Shown here piece after piece: positions 11,196 through 23,502 of a stretch of 64,000 nt of DNA (positions are counted from its first letter, which is position 1; every line of letters starts with the position of its first letter). The notes below the pieces were generated by a model, which was not told the DNA's origin, did no database searches, and saw only the letters and a program-made list of their open reading frames with translations. The stretch is from Candidatus Binatia bacterium (lineage in GTDB: Bacteria > Desulfobacterota > Binatia > HRBIN30), in NCBI GenBank assembly GCA_038245295.1, contig JBBRSP010000004.1:64001-128000 (forward strand), written 5' to 3'. The translations under genes were made by a program, and so were the position numbers.

Positions 11196-13214
<2,019 letters not shown>

Positions 13215-13313
13215 CGTGCAGCCCGCAAGCAAGGGTCGGCGCAAGCCTTAGCTCGCGGTAGCGGACGCCCAGGGAGATTGCGACGAAATCTCCGTCGCAG
13301 TAGACACGCGGAT

Positions 13314-14276
13314 ATGACAGCCACTGCGCAAACCGTTCTCGGACCCGTGCCCGTCGACCAACTCGGCAAGACCCTGATGCACGAGCATCTGATGATCGGT
13401 TGGCCGGGGTGGGAAAGCGACGCCGCCGCCCCACCCTACAATCGTAAGGAGACGGCCAAACTGTGCATCGATCGCATGCTCGAGTTGAAGAGCCTTGGGC
13501 TGACGACGTTCCTCGACCCGTGTCCGATCGACCTCGGTCGTGACGTCGAGCTGATGGCCGAGGTTTCGCAGGCCACCGGGGTGCACATCATCTGCGCCAC
13601 CGGCCTCTACAAGCAGGACCAGGGTTCCGCGCCTTACTTTCAGTTTCGTGCGCAATTCACCGATATCGTCGGCGAGATGAGTGAAGCGTTCGAGAAGGAG
13701 ATCCGCGAAGGCGTCGGCTCGACCGGTATCCGTCCGGGCGTCTTGAAGGTCGCCACCCAGGCGCACCGCATCACGCCCTACGAAGATAGCGTTTTGAAGG
13801 CGGCGTCGCGTGCCTCACGCGCGACCGGCGTGCCGATCACGACACATACCGACGAAGGTACGATGGGCCGGGAGCAACTCGACACCTTCGCCGCCGAAGG
13901 AGTCGACCTGAGGCGCGTCGTCATCGGTCACTCGTGCGGCAGCGCTGACCTGGCCTACCACACGGCCATGCTCGACCGTGGCGCCATCCTCGGCTTCGAT
14001 CGCTTCGGCCTCGAGATCCTACAACCAGATCGCCTGCGCCTTGCCGCCCTGATTGGCCTGCTCGGTATCGGCTTTGAGAAACAGATCGTCCTGTCGCACG
14101 ATTCCGTGTGGTGCTGGCGCGGTCGCCCCATGCCCCGGCCCGACGCCATCATCCCGAACTGGAAGCCGTCGCACGTCTTCACCAACATCGTGCCCGCCTT
14201 GCGCGATGCCGGGGTTGCCGAAAGCAAGATCGAGGCGATGTTGGTCGGTAACCCGCGACGCTACTTCGGCGCCTGA
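13314..14276 (+). CDS. Phosphotriesterase-family (PHP) metallohydrolase
   Basis: TVLGPV..TLMHEH, LKVAT, TTH, IGH and LSHD metal-ligand motifs. Confidence 0.92.
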   Translation: MTATAQTVLGPVPVDQLGKTLMHEHLMIGWPGWESDAAAPPYNRKETAKLCIDRMLELKSLGLTTFLDPCPIDLGRDVELMAEVSQATGVHIICATGLYKQDQGSAPYFQFRAQFTDIVGEMSEAFEKEIREGVGSTGIRPGVLKVATQAHRITPYEDSVLKAASRASRATGVPITTHTDEGTMGREQLDTFAAEGVDLRRVVIGHSCGSADLAYHTAMLDRGAILGFDRFGLEILQPDRLRLAALIGLLGIGFEKQIVLSHDSVWCWRGRPMPRPDAIIPNWKPSHVFTNIVPALRDAGVAESKIEAMLVGNPRRYFGA

Positions 14277-14484
14277 CCCCGGACCGAAACGCCAACGTCT
14301 GTCCACTTCGCCAGGCGTCTGGTCTGGAATACCAGACTTCGCCTTACGATTTGTCCGCTACACCGGACATCAACAGCAATCCTGGGCGGTGAGCATTACC
14401 GGCTTGCTCAGCGACACGGCTGGCACACTTCGTGGTTTACTTAATGACAACGCCGATGAGCCGCCTCGGCCGTTACTGGGGGGG

Positions 14485-14549
14485 GCGGGTGTGGTTGGGT
14501 GGTCTGGGAAACCATCACGGGACTTCGGTTTCGACTCAACCACACCCGC
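14485..14549 (+). other. Strong structured element (16-bp closing stem with two internal hairpins), candidate ncRNA
   Basis: GCGGGTGTGGTTGGGT pairs with ACTCAACCACACCCGC (one G-U); internal C(UUCG)G hairpin. Confidence 0.4.
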
Positions 14550-14568
14550 GCACGCACTTCTCAATGCT

Positions 14569-15414
14569 TCAAGAGATCGCCCGTAGCACGCGCTGATAGG
14601 CGTCCCGCCGATTGATGCCAAACTGATCGGCGATGGCCCGGGCGATATCCGCGGTGCTGTCGCCGGCCTGGCGCAGGCGGCCGATCGACGCGTCAATCTC
14701 GGATTCATCAAGCTCAACCTTCAGGTCGGCTGCACCTTCGATCAGCAAGGTAACCTCGCCCGGCAGCTCCTGGGTCAACTCGCGCTGCGCGATCGTGGCA
14801 CCGACTACACTGGCTGGACCGCGCAAGAATTCTTCGTAGTGCTTGGTCATCTCGCGCGCCACGACGACGGTCCGATCGCCCATTGCCGCCTGGACATCGG
14901 CAAGCGTCGCGCTCAGCCGACGCGCCGCTTCGTAAACGACGATGGTTCGCGGCTCGCGCTTGAGATCCGCCAGGAAGCTCAGGCGTGCCGCCGCCTTGGC
15001 CGGCACAAACCCTTCAAAGACAAAACGATCGGTCGCCAGGCCGGATACACTAAGCGCCGCTACCACGGCCGACGCACCCGGCACAGGCTCAACCCGCACC
15101 CCCGCGGCGATGGCTGCGCGCACCAGATGATAACCCGGATCGGAAATCGCCGGTGTGCCGGCATCCGAGATCAACGCCACCGACTTTCCAGCCAGCAGTT
15201 CGGCGACCAGACGCGGCGCTTTGTCGCGCTCGGCGTGGTCGTGGTAACTGGTCATCGCGGTCGGGATGCCGAAGTGCTGCAGCAGCTTGCGGCTGTGGCG
15301 CGTGTCCTCAGCGGCGATGAGATCGACTTCCTTCAGCACACGCACGGCGCGCAGGGTCATATCCTCGAGATTCCCGAGCGGCGTCGCAACGACGTAGAGG
15401 ATGCCGGAGCTCAT
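14569..15414 (-). CDS. rsmI: 16S rRNA (cytidine-1402-2'-O)-methyltransferase
   Basis: LYVVATPLGNLEDMT, AAEDTR, SDAGTPAISDPG, REMTK.YEE. Confidence 0.97.
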   Translation of the reverse strand: MSSGILYVVATPLGNLEDMTLRAVRVLKEVDLIAAEDTRHSRKLLQHFGIPTAMTSYHDHAERDKAPRLVAELLAGKSVALISDAGTPAISDPGYHLVRAAIAAGVRVEPVPGASAVVAALSVSGLATDRFVFEGFVPAKAAARLSFLADLKREPRTIVVYEAARRLSATLADVQAAMGDRTVVVAREMTKHYEEFLRGPASVVGATIAQRELTQELPGEVTLLIEGAADLKVELDESEIDASIGRLRQAGDSTADIARAIADQFGINRRDAYQRVLRAIS

Positions 15415-15429
15415 GAGGATCGACGCAGA

Positions 15430-15572
15430 TTCATTTGGCCATTTGGCAATTTTGCAATTTTGCCATTGTTGGATTTGGTCATTGGGCGATTGGGCATTTG
15501 CTCACGGATATCGGGCGAAGTTGCGGCGCCGCCCCCAGGCCAAATGGTCAAATGGCAAACTGGCCAAATGAA
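15430..15572. repeat. Inverted arrays of degenerate 8-mers (ATTTGGCM x8 / KGCCAAAT-like x4)
   Basis: 8-bp periodicity at 15433-15496 and 15538-15569; terminal inverted repeat TTCATTTGGCCA / TGGCCAAATGAA. Confidence 0.85.
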
Positions 15573-15573
15573 C

Positions 15574-16419
15574 CTACTTTCCCCAGTCGCGCGCGTAGCG
15601 GAAGTCACGATCGATGGTGCGTTTGGAAATCTTGGCGATGACCGGCAGCCGGCGTTTGAACTGCGAGTTGCGCACCAGGTCGGTGACCCGTTGCACAAAC
15701 GGCTCGGCAAACCCGTGCGCCAGCAACTCGGCGCGCGAATAGCGCCGGTCGACCATGAGATAGAGAAGCTGGTCGACGTCGCGATACTCGAATCCCAGCT
15801 CCTGCTCGTCGGTTTGACCGGCCCACAGATCGGCCGAGGGTTGTTTGTGGACGATTTCGCTCGGCACGCCGATCTCCGTGGCCAGCGCCCACACCTGCGT
15901 CTTGTAGAGGTCGCCGATCGGATTCAGCGCCGACGCCATGTCGCCATGCAACGTGCCGTAACCAAGCAGCAGCTCCGTCTTGTTGCTGGTTCCCAACACC
16001 AGGCCGCTCCAACGCGCTGAATGGTCGTAGAGGATGGTCATGCGTTCGCGTGCCATCTTGTTACCGCGCCGCATGTTGTTCGCGTCGCTGAAAAGCGCGA
16101 AGTAGGCATCGATCTGGTTGGTGATCTCGACGGTCATCGAGTTGATGCCACTGCGTTCGATCACCAGATCGGCGTGCGAAAGGCTCTCGGCGCTCGAGGC
16201 GCGATACGGCATCTTGATAGCCAGAACGTTCTTCGGGCCTAGCGCCTCGGCTGCGAGCATGGCAGAGACCGCCGAGTCGACGCCCCCGGACAACCCGACG
16301 ATGACACGTTCGACACCAACCTTGCGAACTTCGTTGGCGATGAACAGCGACAGGATCTTGCGCACCAGAGGCGGATTGGTTGGCAAGAGCGGCCGAGTTG
16401 GTTGAATCGGCTGGTTCAC
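15574..16419 (-). CDS. nadE: NAD+ synthetase (synthetase subunit)
   Basis: GLSGGVDS P-loop, N.MARERM, GTSNKTE, GY.TLHGD, PSADLW.GQTDE. Confidence 0.95.
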   Translation of the reverse strand: MNQPIQPTRPLLPTNPPLVRKILSLFIANEVRKVGVERVIVGLSGGVDSAVSAMLAAEALGPKNVLAIKMPYRASSAESLSHADLVIERSGINSMTVEITNQIDAYFALFSDANNMRRGNKMARERMTILYDHSARWSGLVLGTSNKTELLLGYGTLHGDMASALNPIGDLYKTQVWALATEIGVPSEIVHKQPSADLWAGQTDEQELGFEYRDVDQLLYLMVDRRYSRAELLAHGFAEPFVQRVTDLVRNSQFKRRLPVIAKISKRTIDRDFRYARDWGK

Positions 16420-17426
16420 CGTTTCCTCTTCCGCACGACCGCAGCCTTGCGTGGCTTCTTGCGATGCGCCGCTGGCTTGCCGCCGTGATTTCGCGCTGTC
16501 GTCGACACGACCGCCGCCGAGCGGCGAGGTTTCACAGTGGGCGCCGACGCAGCCTCGACGGCCTCCGGCTGGCGGCCGCGAATCCGCATCAGCTCGTTGA
16601 TGGTCAGATCGATGTTCTCGTCACGCAGCAACGGTGAGGCGACACGAGCCCGGCGCGCGTCTTTCAAATTGATCGTGGCGACGATGAGGTCTTCTTCGTA
16701 ATACTTAGCCTTCGCCAGGCGCTCGCCGCTAGGACCGACGATCTCTGAGCCGCCCCAGAAGCCGATGCCATCTTCGAACCCGACGCGATTGGCGTAGATG
16801 ACGAACAGCGCGAAGGTCTGCGCGTAGGTCTGGTTGAGCAATTCCCAATAGCGCGCGTTGTCGTCCTGCTCGTGCTCGTTGTCGATGCCGCGCAGCGGAC
16901 TGTTTGAAGGGCAAACGACGAACGACGCCCCGTCGAGAGCCGCCACCAGGAGGGTCGACGGATGCCACACGTCTTCGCACACCAGCATCGCCCCGCGGCC
17001 AAAACGCGAGTCGAAGGCGCGCAATCGATCGCCGCGTGCCAGGTAGCGCCCCTCGTCGAACAGACCATAGGTCGGCAGATACACCTTGCGGTGCACCTGT
17101 TTGAGCTTACCGTCTTCGAAGTAGGCGGCACTGTTGTAGAAGCGAAAGTCCTCCGCCTCTTCGACAAACCCGGCCACCAATGCACAGCCGCGACTGAGTG
17201 CCGCCAACCGCTGGATCTCCGGCGCATCTAGACGCAGCGCCACGGTCGACACCATGTCCTTGAGAAAGTAGCCCGTCAGCGACAGCTCGGGAAATACGAT
17301 CAGATCCGCCCCCGCCGCACGCGCCGCACCGACGCGATCCTCGTACATCAGGAGGTTGGCATCGACATCACCGAGACGCGGGCTGCACTGCACCGCCGCC
17401 ACATTGAAGGAAGACAGAGACATCAT
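16416..17426 (-). CDS. Nitrilase-superfamily amidohydrolase, probable glutaminase subunit of NAD synthetase
   Basis: Glu-Lys-Cys triad ([22 protein letters not shown]); GTGA overlap with nadE. Confidence 0.85.
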   Translation of the reverse strand: MMSLSSFNVAAVQCSPRLGDVDANLLMYEDRVGAARAAGADLIVFPELSLTGYFLKDMVSTVALRLDAPEIQRLAALSRGCALVAGFVEEAEDFRFYNSAAYFEDGKLKQVHRKVYLPTYGLFDEGRYLARGDRLRAFDSRFGRGAMLVCEDVWHPSTLLVAALDGASFVVCPSNSPLRGIDNEHEQDDNARYWELLNQTYAQTFALFVIYANRVGFEDGIGFWGGSEIVGPSGERLAKAKYYEEDLIVATINLKDARRARVASPLLRDENIDLTINELMRIRGRQPEAVEAASAPTVKPRRSAAVVSTTARNHGGKPAAHRKKPRKAAVVRKRKR

Positions 17427-17552
17427 CGCAACTAAACACAGGGACCCGGCTCAAAACAACCGCCCCTTACTCCACGACAGAAGGCATGGAGCAGTTCGAG
17501 CCCTGGGCCAAAGCCGTTCAATCAATGATGCAGGATGTTTTGATCGTAGCGC

Positions 17553-18272
17553 TCAGGTTTTCGATGCGAGGCGAGCCCGCACTTGCTGCTTCGTCGCCTC
17601 CGAAGCCCAGCGCGGCACGATGTGTTCTTTGACGAAGCGACGCTGCGCGTCGGATAGGTCGAGCTTCCCACCCCGCAACGCCAGCTTGGTATTCACGTAG
17701 GCTTCGCGCGGCGCCGCGGCGAGGCGTTCGATGGCCTGTCGGGCGACGCCTGGCGCATCGGCGACAACTTCATCGAGCATTCCAAGCTGCAGCGCCGTGT
17801 GTGGATCGTGCAGGCCTGCTTCGAGCAAGGCGCGATCGCGCGAGCGCGGCGCGATGCGATCGACGGCTAGGGCAAGCAGCTTGGGCGGGAACTCGAGACC
17901 AATTGCGACTTCATTGAGGCCGATGCGCACACGCGGATCATCCGCCGCGATACGCAAGTCGCAACAGAGGACCAGCATACAACCACCGGCGATGGCGTGA
18001 CCGTTCACACAGGCAACGGTCGGCCCCGGATAGAGATAAAGCGCATCGATGAGGTCATCGAGATGGCCGAGGAAACGCGCCATGCCCGGCTCGTCGAGAC
18101 TGGCAACCTCTTTGAGGTTGAGCCCCGCCGAGAACGCGCCGTTGGCGCCGCTCAACAGGAGCGGCGTTCCCGCGGCACCGTGAATCTCCTGCGTCAGCCG
18201 CTGCATGAAGTCGGAGCTCAGGGCATTACGCCCCGGCGCCGACAGGACGAGCTCGTAGATCTCCGATGACAT
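17553..18272 (-). CDS. Enoyl-CoA hydratase/isomerase family protein
   Basis: AFSAGLNL, VNGHAIAGG, IGLNEV. Confidence 0.9.
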   Translation of the reverse strand: MSSEIYELVLSAPGRNALSSDFMQRLTQEIHGAAGTPLLLSGANGAFSAGLNLKEVASLDEPGMARFLGHLDDLIDALYLYPGPTVACVNGHAIAGGCMLVLCCDLRIAADDPRVRIGLNEVAIGLEFPPKLLALAVDRIAPRSRDRALLEAGLHDPHTALQLGMLDEVVADAPGVARQAIERLAAAPREAYVNTKLALRGGKLDLSDAQRRFVKEHIVPRWASEATKQQVRARLASKT

Positions 18273-18296
18273 ACGCCGCGTCTACCACACTCCGAC

Positions 18297-18383
18297 AAAA
18301 AGGGGACAGGACCCTTTTCGTTCGAGGAAAATGTCGAGTATCGGCGTGGCAGCCGACCACAACAAAGGGGGCAGGACCCTTTT
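18297..18383. repeat. Two direct copies of a short palindromic REP-like repeat
   Basis: AAAAAGGGGACAGGACCCTTTT (18297-18318) and AAAGGGGGCAGGACCCTTTT (18364-18383). Confidence 0.7.
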
Positions 18384-19897
18384 CAGAATCCGAATATGTT
18401 GTTGCTGTCGTGGCGTGTTACCCGGCCGCTGCGCCCGACGCATTCGCTCTGCATCATCGACTCGAGCTCGGCCCGGTCCCCGGATGTGTTTGACAGGAAG
18501 CGTGAGCCATCGGCGAGTCGGCCGATGACGACGCCGCGCATCGGCGCGCCTTCGCGGTCGTGCAGGACGGTATACGTTTCCACCGTTGCCGCCCCGCTCG
18601 GCTCGGGCACGATGTTGGGATGAGGCTGGGCGTCGATCTCGGCCTGATAGGTGGTCGGGTTCACACGTTGAAAGGCGCGCGGCGGCGGTTCGGCCGAATA
18701 GATACCGGCCGAGTGTTTGGTGACATACCATCCCAAACCCGTAACCAGCCCCTTGCTGCCGCGGCGCTCGCGTACGCGCTGCATCATCGTCGCGATCGAA
18801 TGGGTCACGTAGTTGTTTCCCGGCCCGCCTGCGTAGGCCAACCCTCCGGTCACCGTGAGATCACGCGGATCATCGACGGCGATGCAGAGGCTGTCGCGCG
18901 CCAGCTGCACGGCCGACGGAAAGCAACTGTAGAGGTCGAAGTGATCGATGTCGTCGACACCAACTCCGGCCATCTTCAGCGACTGGCTGCAGGCCATGCG
19001 AATCGCCGGCGACGTGAAGTAGTTGACGCGCTCCGAAACGAACCACTGGTCGATGGCATCGCCGCAACCCCACAGATACACCCAACGGCTCTCGTCGATG
19101 CCCAGCGCGCGCGCCTTGCCGACCGACATCATCAGCACGGCGGCGGCTTGATCGACGTCCATGATCGCGTTCATGACCTTCGTATACGGAAAGCCGATCA
19201 TGCGATTGTCAGCACTCGGCGTGCTGATCTCCTCGGCCGTGCGCCTGGTCGGAAACCACGCATAGGGATTGGTCGCCGCAACCGCCGAGAAGCGGGCGTA
19301 CAGCTCACCTAGGGCACGCTGGTGGTCGGCAATCGAACGGCCGTAGTGTGCCCGGAGGGCATTCTCGAACATCGGGTAGACGGCAATCGGGAACGTCATC
19401 CCGTATGCCATCTCCTCGTCGTTCGCGCCCTGACGATTGCCTCCCACGACCGCGGCAGTAGGCTGCCCAGGAGCATCGCCCTTGACCCACTCGAGTTTCA
19501 CACCCGCCTTACGGGCGCGATTGATGCTGGCCATCGCCTCGACGCCGGCGATCAACACACACTCAGACTCGCCGCGCGCAATCTTCTCGGCGCTTTCATT
19601 GACCAACCACTGCGGCGTGTTGCCGCCAACCTGAGTGTAGATGAGGTTCTTTGGCTGGGCACCGACGCGCTGCGCCAACCAACCCGGCGCATTGACGGTA
19701 TTCCAAGCGAGGATGTTCACGACGGCCAAGGTGTCGACCTGCTGCAACACCCTCGCCGCCACACCGGCGTCGCCCGCCGCCAACACCGCCGCGTCGGCCA
19801 TCATGTCGACAGGCTCGCGAGCCGTTTGAGGATCTGCGTGGCGCTGTGTCACCTGGCCGCCGCCGACAAGGATGGGGGTATTGTCATCGATGCGCAT
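18383..19897 (-). CDS. Thiolase-like protein (acetyl-CoA acetyltransferase family) with C-terminal extra domain
   Basis: GGNTPQ, DLYSCFPSAV, TVTGGL..AGGPGNNY, ETYTV.HDR.G.P. Confidence 0.88.
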   Translation of the reverse strand: MRIDDNTPILVGGGQVTQRHADPQTAREPVDMMADAAVLAAGDAGVAARVLQQVDTLAVVNILAWNTVNAPGWLAQRVGAQPKNLIYTQVGGNTPQWLVNESAEKIARGESECVLIAGVEAMASINRARKAGVKLEWVKGDAPGQPTAAVVGGNRQGANDEEMAYGMTFPIAVYPMFENALRAHYGRSIADHQRALGELYARFSAVAATNPYAWFPTRRTAEEISTPSADNRMIGFPYTKVMNAIMDVDQAAAVLMMSVGKARALGIDESRWVYLWGCGDAIDQWFVSERVNYFTSPAIRMACSQSLKMAGVGVDDIDHFDLYSCFPSAVQLARDSLCIAVDDPRDLTVTGGLAYAGGPGNNYVTHSIATMMQRVRERRGSKGLVTGLGWYVTKHSAGIYSAEPPPRAFQRVNPTTYQAEIDAQPHPNIVPEPSGAATVETYTVLHDREGAPMRGVVIGRLADGSRFLSNTSGDRAELESMMQSECVGRSGRVTRHDSNNIFGF

Positions 19898-19954
19898 TGG
19901 TTCTCCGTCTATCGTGCTTCGGTGCGAGCCAAGTTCACCAAGGCCACGCCTGGA

Positions 19955-22105
19955 TCAACCCGGGTATGGCAATTCAACCGAAAAGGTCGATCCTTGCCCC
20001 GGTGTGCTTTCGAGGGAAATCTCACCGCCGAGCAACTCCGTGTAGCGGCGCACCAGATAAAGCCCGAGCCCAACACCGCTGCGGGAATTCTGCCGCGCCG
20101 TTTCTACCTGCGTGAACATGTCGAAGATCATGGCGTGCTTGTCCTGAGCAATACCGATGCCGGTGTCGCTCACCCGAAACAGCAACTCGTTGCCGCGCGG
20201 CAAGACCTGAAGTGTGACATGCCCCTCACGCGTGAACTTCAACGCATTGTTGATCAAGCTACGCAGAACCACCTTCAACTTGCTGCGATCCGAATGCAGG
20301 ACCAGATCCGCAGACACGCTGCCCCAGATCATTCCAATGTTGGGTGCCACCAGACGCATATCTTCCTGTTGTAGCTCGGCGATCAGCTCGGCCACGGAGA
20401 AGCTCGACTTGTCGGCGAGCAAACGCCCCGACTCGAGACGATTGACGTCGAGTACGATGTCGATGAGGTCGAGCAGCCCGCGACCATTGATCAGCACCCT
20501 CTCCAACGCTTGCTGCTGCTCCACACTGACGGACCCGAGCACGGCGTCGCGCATCAGATCGGCATAACCCAGGATCGCCGCGAGTGGGGTACGCAACTCG
20601 TGCGACATGGTGCCGAGGAAATCGGACTTGAGCTGACTGGCACGGCGCAAATCATCGATGAGGCGCGCATTGTCTACCGCCACCGCCGCCTGCGCCGCGA
20701 TGCCTTCCAGGATGCGGCGTTCGCGCGCAGAAATCTGCGTCACGCGTTGGTGGAAGAACAAATGCAAACCGCCGATCAACTTGCCGCCGTGCACCATGGG
20801 CGCGGCAAACTGTGTGCGGGCGTTGTAGCGGGCGTAGATCGGCGCCGCATCGAGGTCGACATCGACCCGCTCGATGAACTCACGCTTGGATAGCGCCGCC
20901 GCCACGGGAAACTCCTTGGCGCTGAACTCCAACAGCAACAGCTCCTCGATGACATCGGGGCTCCAACCAACCGCCCGCGCGACGCGAAAGGCGTCGCGGT
21001 CCGGCAGCCAGACACTCACGAACACACTGTCGCAGTCGATGATCTCACGCAGGCTTGCGGCCACACGATCGACGACTTCGCTCTCTTCGAGTGACTCGCG
21101 AATCGAACGAGTCACCTGCAGCAAGGCGCTCGAGACTTCCGCCTCCTCCGCCTCGCGCTGGCGCGACAGCGCATTCTCGATCGCCACCGCCGTCTGCGCG
21201 CCAAAGATCATGGCGCGATCGCAGAGGGACGGTGTGAACATGCCCGGACGCCGCAGATCGAGCAGCAGCAAGAAGCCGAACGGCTCGCCGCCGCGGCGCA
21301 GCGGCACCGTCATCAACGCTTGCACACCCGACGCACGCGCGACCGCAAAGCCTCCGGTCGCCTCCTGCAGATCGTTGCGCACGACAGGGCCGCGTTGCTC
21401 TACGAAATCACGCACACTCGGATCATCGAAGGAACGACGCATTCCAATCGTCCCCTCACTACCGACACCATCACCGGCCACCGCCACGAGCTCGTCGCCC
21501 TCGCGCAGCCAAACGTAAACGCCATCGACGTCGAGAACACGACGTGCCTCGCGGCAAACGACCTTGCCAACCTCGCGCGTGTCATGCGTCGTCAGCAGAG
21601 CCTGCGACACCTGGAACAGCGCCAACTGAAAGGCCGACGCCGAACGGCTATCGGTGACGTCGCGCCCGATAGTTTGCAGCAACATCTCACCGTCCGGCAG
21701 ACGTACGACGCTGCTGCGCAGCTCCAGAATTCGATGTGAGCCGTCGCGCAGCACCGCATCACGCTCGTACACTTCGGGGATCGGCAGGCCGGCGAACGCG
21801 CGCTGCGTCAGGAGCTCGGCCGCTTGAAATTCGTCGGGACGCATCAGAGTGCGCAGCGCAATACCGCCCTCGACCTCGGCGGCATCGTAACCGGCCATTT
21901 CCCGCGCCGCGCGATTCGCGCCGACCACCATCCCGTGGGTGTCGGAAAGCAGGACGATATCGCGTGCCAGCTCAAAAACGTCGTGGAAGTTGAGCCCGGC
22001 CAAGCGACTCGGGTCGGACCGGCCAGCAGCCGTCGGCGCTGCCAGCACACCCCCCACTGGCTCGCCTTCCTGCATCGCCCGTCGCGTAATCTGTGGTTTA
22101 CTCAC
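19955..22105 (-). CDS. Cytoplasmic PAS-GAF-GAF sensor histidine kinase
   Basis: H-box SHELRTPL, N-box NNALKFT, DTGIGI, GVGLGL; no TM segments; no adjacent response regulator. Confidence 0.92.
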   Translation of the reverse strand: MSKPQITRRAMQEGEPVGGVLAAPTAAGRSDPSRLAGLNFHDVFELARDIVLLSDTHGMVVGANRAAREMAGYDAAEVEGGIALRTLMRPDEFQAAELLTQRAFAGLPIPEVYERDAVLRDGSHRILELRSSVVRLPDGEMLLQTIGRDVTDSRSASAFQLALFQVSQALLTTHDTREVGKVVCREARRVLDVDGVYVWLREGDELVAVAGDGVGSEGTIGMRRSFDDPSVRDFVEQRGPVVRNDLQEATGGFAVARASGVQALMTVPLRRGGEPFGFLLLLDLRRPGMFTPSLCDRAMIFGAQTAVAIENALSRQREAEEAEVSSALLQVTRSIRESLEESEVVDRVAASLREIIDCDSVFVSVWLPDRDAFRVARAVGWSPDVIEELLLLEFSAKEFPVAAALSKREFIERVDVDLDAAPIYARYNARTQFAAPMVHGGKLIGGLHLFFHQRVTQISARERRILEGIAAQAAVAVDNARLIDDLRRASQLKSDFLGTMSHELRTPLAAILGYADLMRDAVLGSVSVEQQQALERVLINGRGLLDLIDIVLDVNRLESGRLLADKSSFSVAELIAELQQEDMRLVAPNIGMIWGSVSADLVLHSDRSKLKVVLRSLINNALKFTREGHVTLQVLPRGNELLFRVSDTGIGIAQDKHAMIFDMFTQVETARQNSRSGVGLGLYLVRRYTELLGGEISLESTPGQGSTFSVELPYPG

Positions 22106-22123
22106 TTGTCAATTTCTCACAAC

Positions 22124-22153
22124 AAAAAAAGGGCCCGCCGATTGGCGGGCCCT
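22124..22153 (-). terminator. Intrinsic terminator
   Basis: AGGGCCCGCC-aatc-GGCGGGCCCT followed by a T-run on the minus strand, downstream of the ADH gene. Confidence 0.85.
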
Positions 22154-22177
22154 CCGCTTTTTGGTCAACGGAATCAA

Positions 22178-23269
22178 TCAGTACACAATCACGCTGCGGG
22201 CAACCTCGCCCTTCTCCATGTCCTCAAATGCCTTATTGACGTCCTCGAGCTTGATGCGTTTGGAAATGAGCTCGTCAATCTTGAGACGCTTGTGCATGTA
22301 GAGATCGATCAATAGCGGGATGTCACGCTGCATGACCGCCGAGCCGTACAGCGATCCGATGAGCGACTTTTCTTCGAGCGGCACCATCATCCCGGGGATG
22401 GTGATCTCGGTTCCGAAACCAGGCACGCCCACGATGACCGCCTTGCCACCGCGTTTTACCGACATGAACGCCTCGGTAATCACTGACGGAGCACCAATCA
22501 CTTCGAAGGCGTAGTCGACGCCGAGGCCGTCGGTAAGAGCCCGGATTGCGTCCGGAGCCGCGCCGTCGTTCTTCGGGTTGACGGTATGGGTCGCGCCGAA
22601 GGTCTTGGCGAGTTTCAGCTTCGAATCGAGCAGGTCTATGGCAATGATACGCGACGCACCGGCGAGGAGGCAGCCCTGGATGACGTTGAGACCCACGCCG
22701 CCGCAACCGAACACGGCAACGGTGTCGCCGGGGCGAACCTTGACGGTATTGAAGGCCGCGCCGACGCCGGTCATGACACCGCAACCAACGAGGCAGGCAC
22801 GGTCCAGCGGCACGTCATCGTTGACCTTGATGGCCGCCGTAGCGCGCACAACGGTCTTTTCGGCAAACGAGCCGACCCCGGCCATTCGAGTGATCGGCAG
22901 ACCATCCTTCTCGAAGACGGCTTCTTGGCCCGACATCATGCTGCGCACGTTGGCGTCGCACAGGTGCGGGCGGCCGACAGTGCAGAAGTGACAACGGCCG
23001 CAGTTTTCCACCCAGGAAAGAACAACATGGTCGCCCGGCTTCAGGTGGGTGACACCTTTACCGACTTCCTCGACGATGCCGGCGCCCTCGTGGCCCAACA
23101 CGACCGGGGGCGGCAGGGGCAGCTTCATCTGGACGACGGACAAGTCGGAGTGGCAGACGCCACTGGCGACCATCTTGACGACAATCTCATCCTCGCGAGG
23201 ATCCTTGAGATTGACCGATTCGATCTTCAGGGGCTCGTTGAAGTTGTACATCACCGCGGCTTTGATCAT
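22178..23269 (-). CDS. Zn-dependent alcohol dehydrogenase (class III-like)
   Basis: GVCHSD, LGHEGAG, CGRCHFC..C, GCGVMTG, GCGGVG. Confidence 0.92.
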   Translation of the reverse strand: MIKAAVMYNFNEPLKIESVNLKDPREDEIVVKMVASGVCHSDLSVVQMKLPLPPPVVLGHEGAGIVEEVGKGVTHLKPGDHVVLSWVENCGRCHFCTVGRPHLCDANVRSMMSGQEAVFEKDGLPITRMAGVGSFAEKTVVRATAAIKVNDDVPLDRACLVGCGVMTGVGAAFNTVKVRPGDTVAVFGCGGVGLNVIQGCLLAGASRIIAIDLLDSKLKLAKTFGATHTVNPKNDGAAPDAIRALTDGLGVDYAFEVIGAPSVITEAFMSVKRGGKAVIVGVPGFGTEITIPGMMVPLEEKSLIGSLYGSAVMQRDIPLLIDLYMHKRLKIDELISKRIKLEDVNKAFEDMEKGEVARSVIVY

Positions 23270-23384
23270 TGCTTCCTCCCGATACGAATGTGTGGACGGT
23301 TCGTCGTATGCTGAAGCGCACGCTGATGCAATCCACCGTCCCTTTTGGACACAAGTTCTGCGATCAACCTACGCCTGAGCAGAG

Positions 23385-23463
23385 CGCAGGCTGAAGCCTG
23401 CGGCTACCGCCGTCTGGTTGCCGCGTTGAGAACCAATTCGGTAGGCGCAGGCTTTAGCCTGCG
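23385..23463. repeat. Inverted pair of GTAG-family REP elements
   Basis: CGCAGGCTGAAGCCTGCGGCTAC (23385-23407) and GTAGGCGCAGGCTTTAGCCTGCG (23441-23463). Confidence 0.85.
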
Positions 23464-23502
23464 GAGTACTTCCAGGACACGGCCTGCAATGCCGGAGTCA
23501 GC

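Noticed and set aside
14421..14436. Sigma-54 promoter TGGCACACTTCGTGGT
   Set aside because: The -12 element is GG rather than the near-invariant GC, so it was not listed as a feature
14277..14568. RNase P RNA (often next to rsmI), 6S or SRP RNA
   Set aside because: No GAGGAAAGTCC or CCCGGCTTA-type RNase P motifs, no SRP GGAAGCAG loop and no 6S-like long rod on either strand
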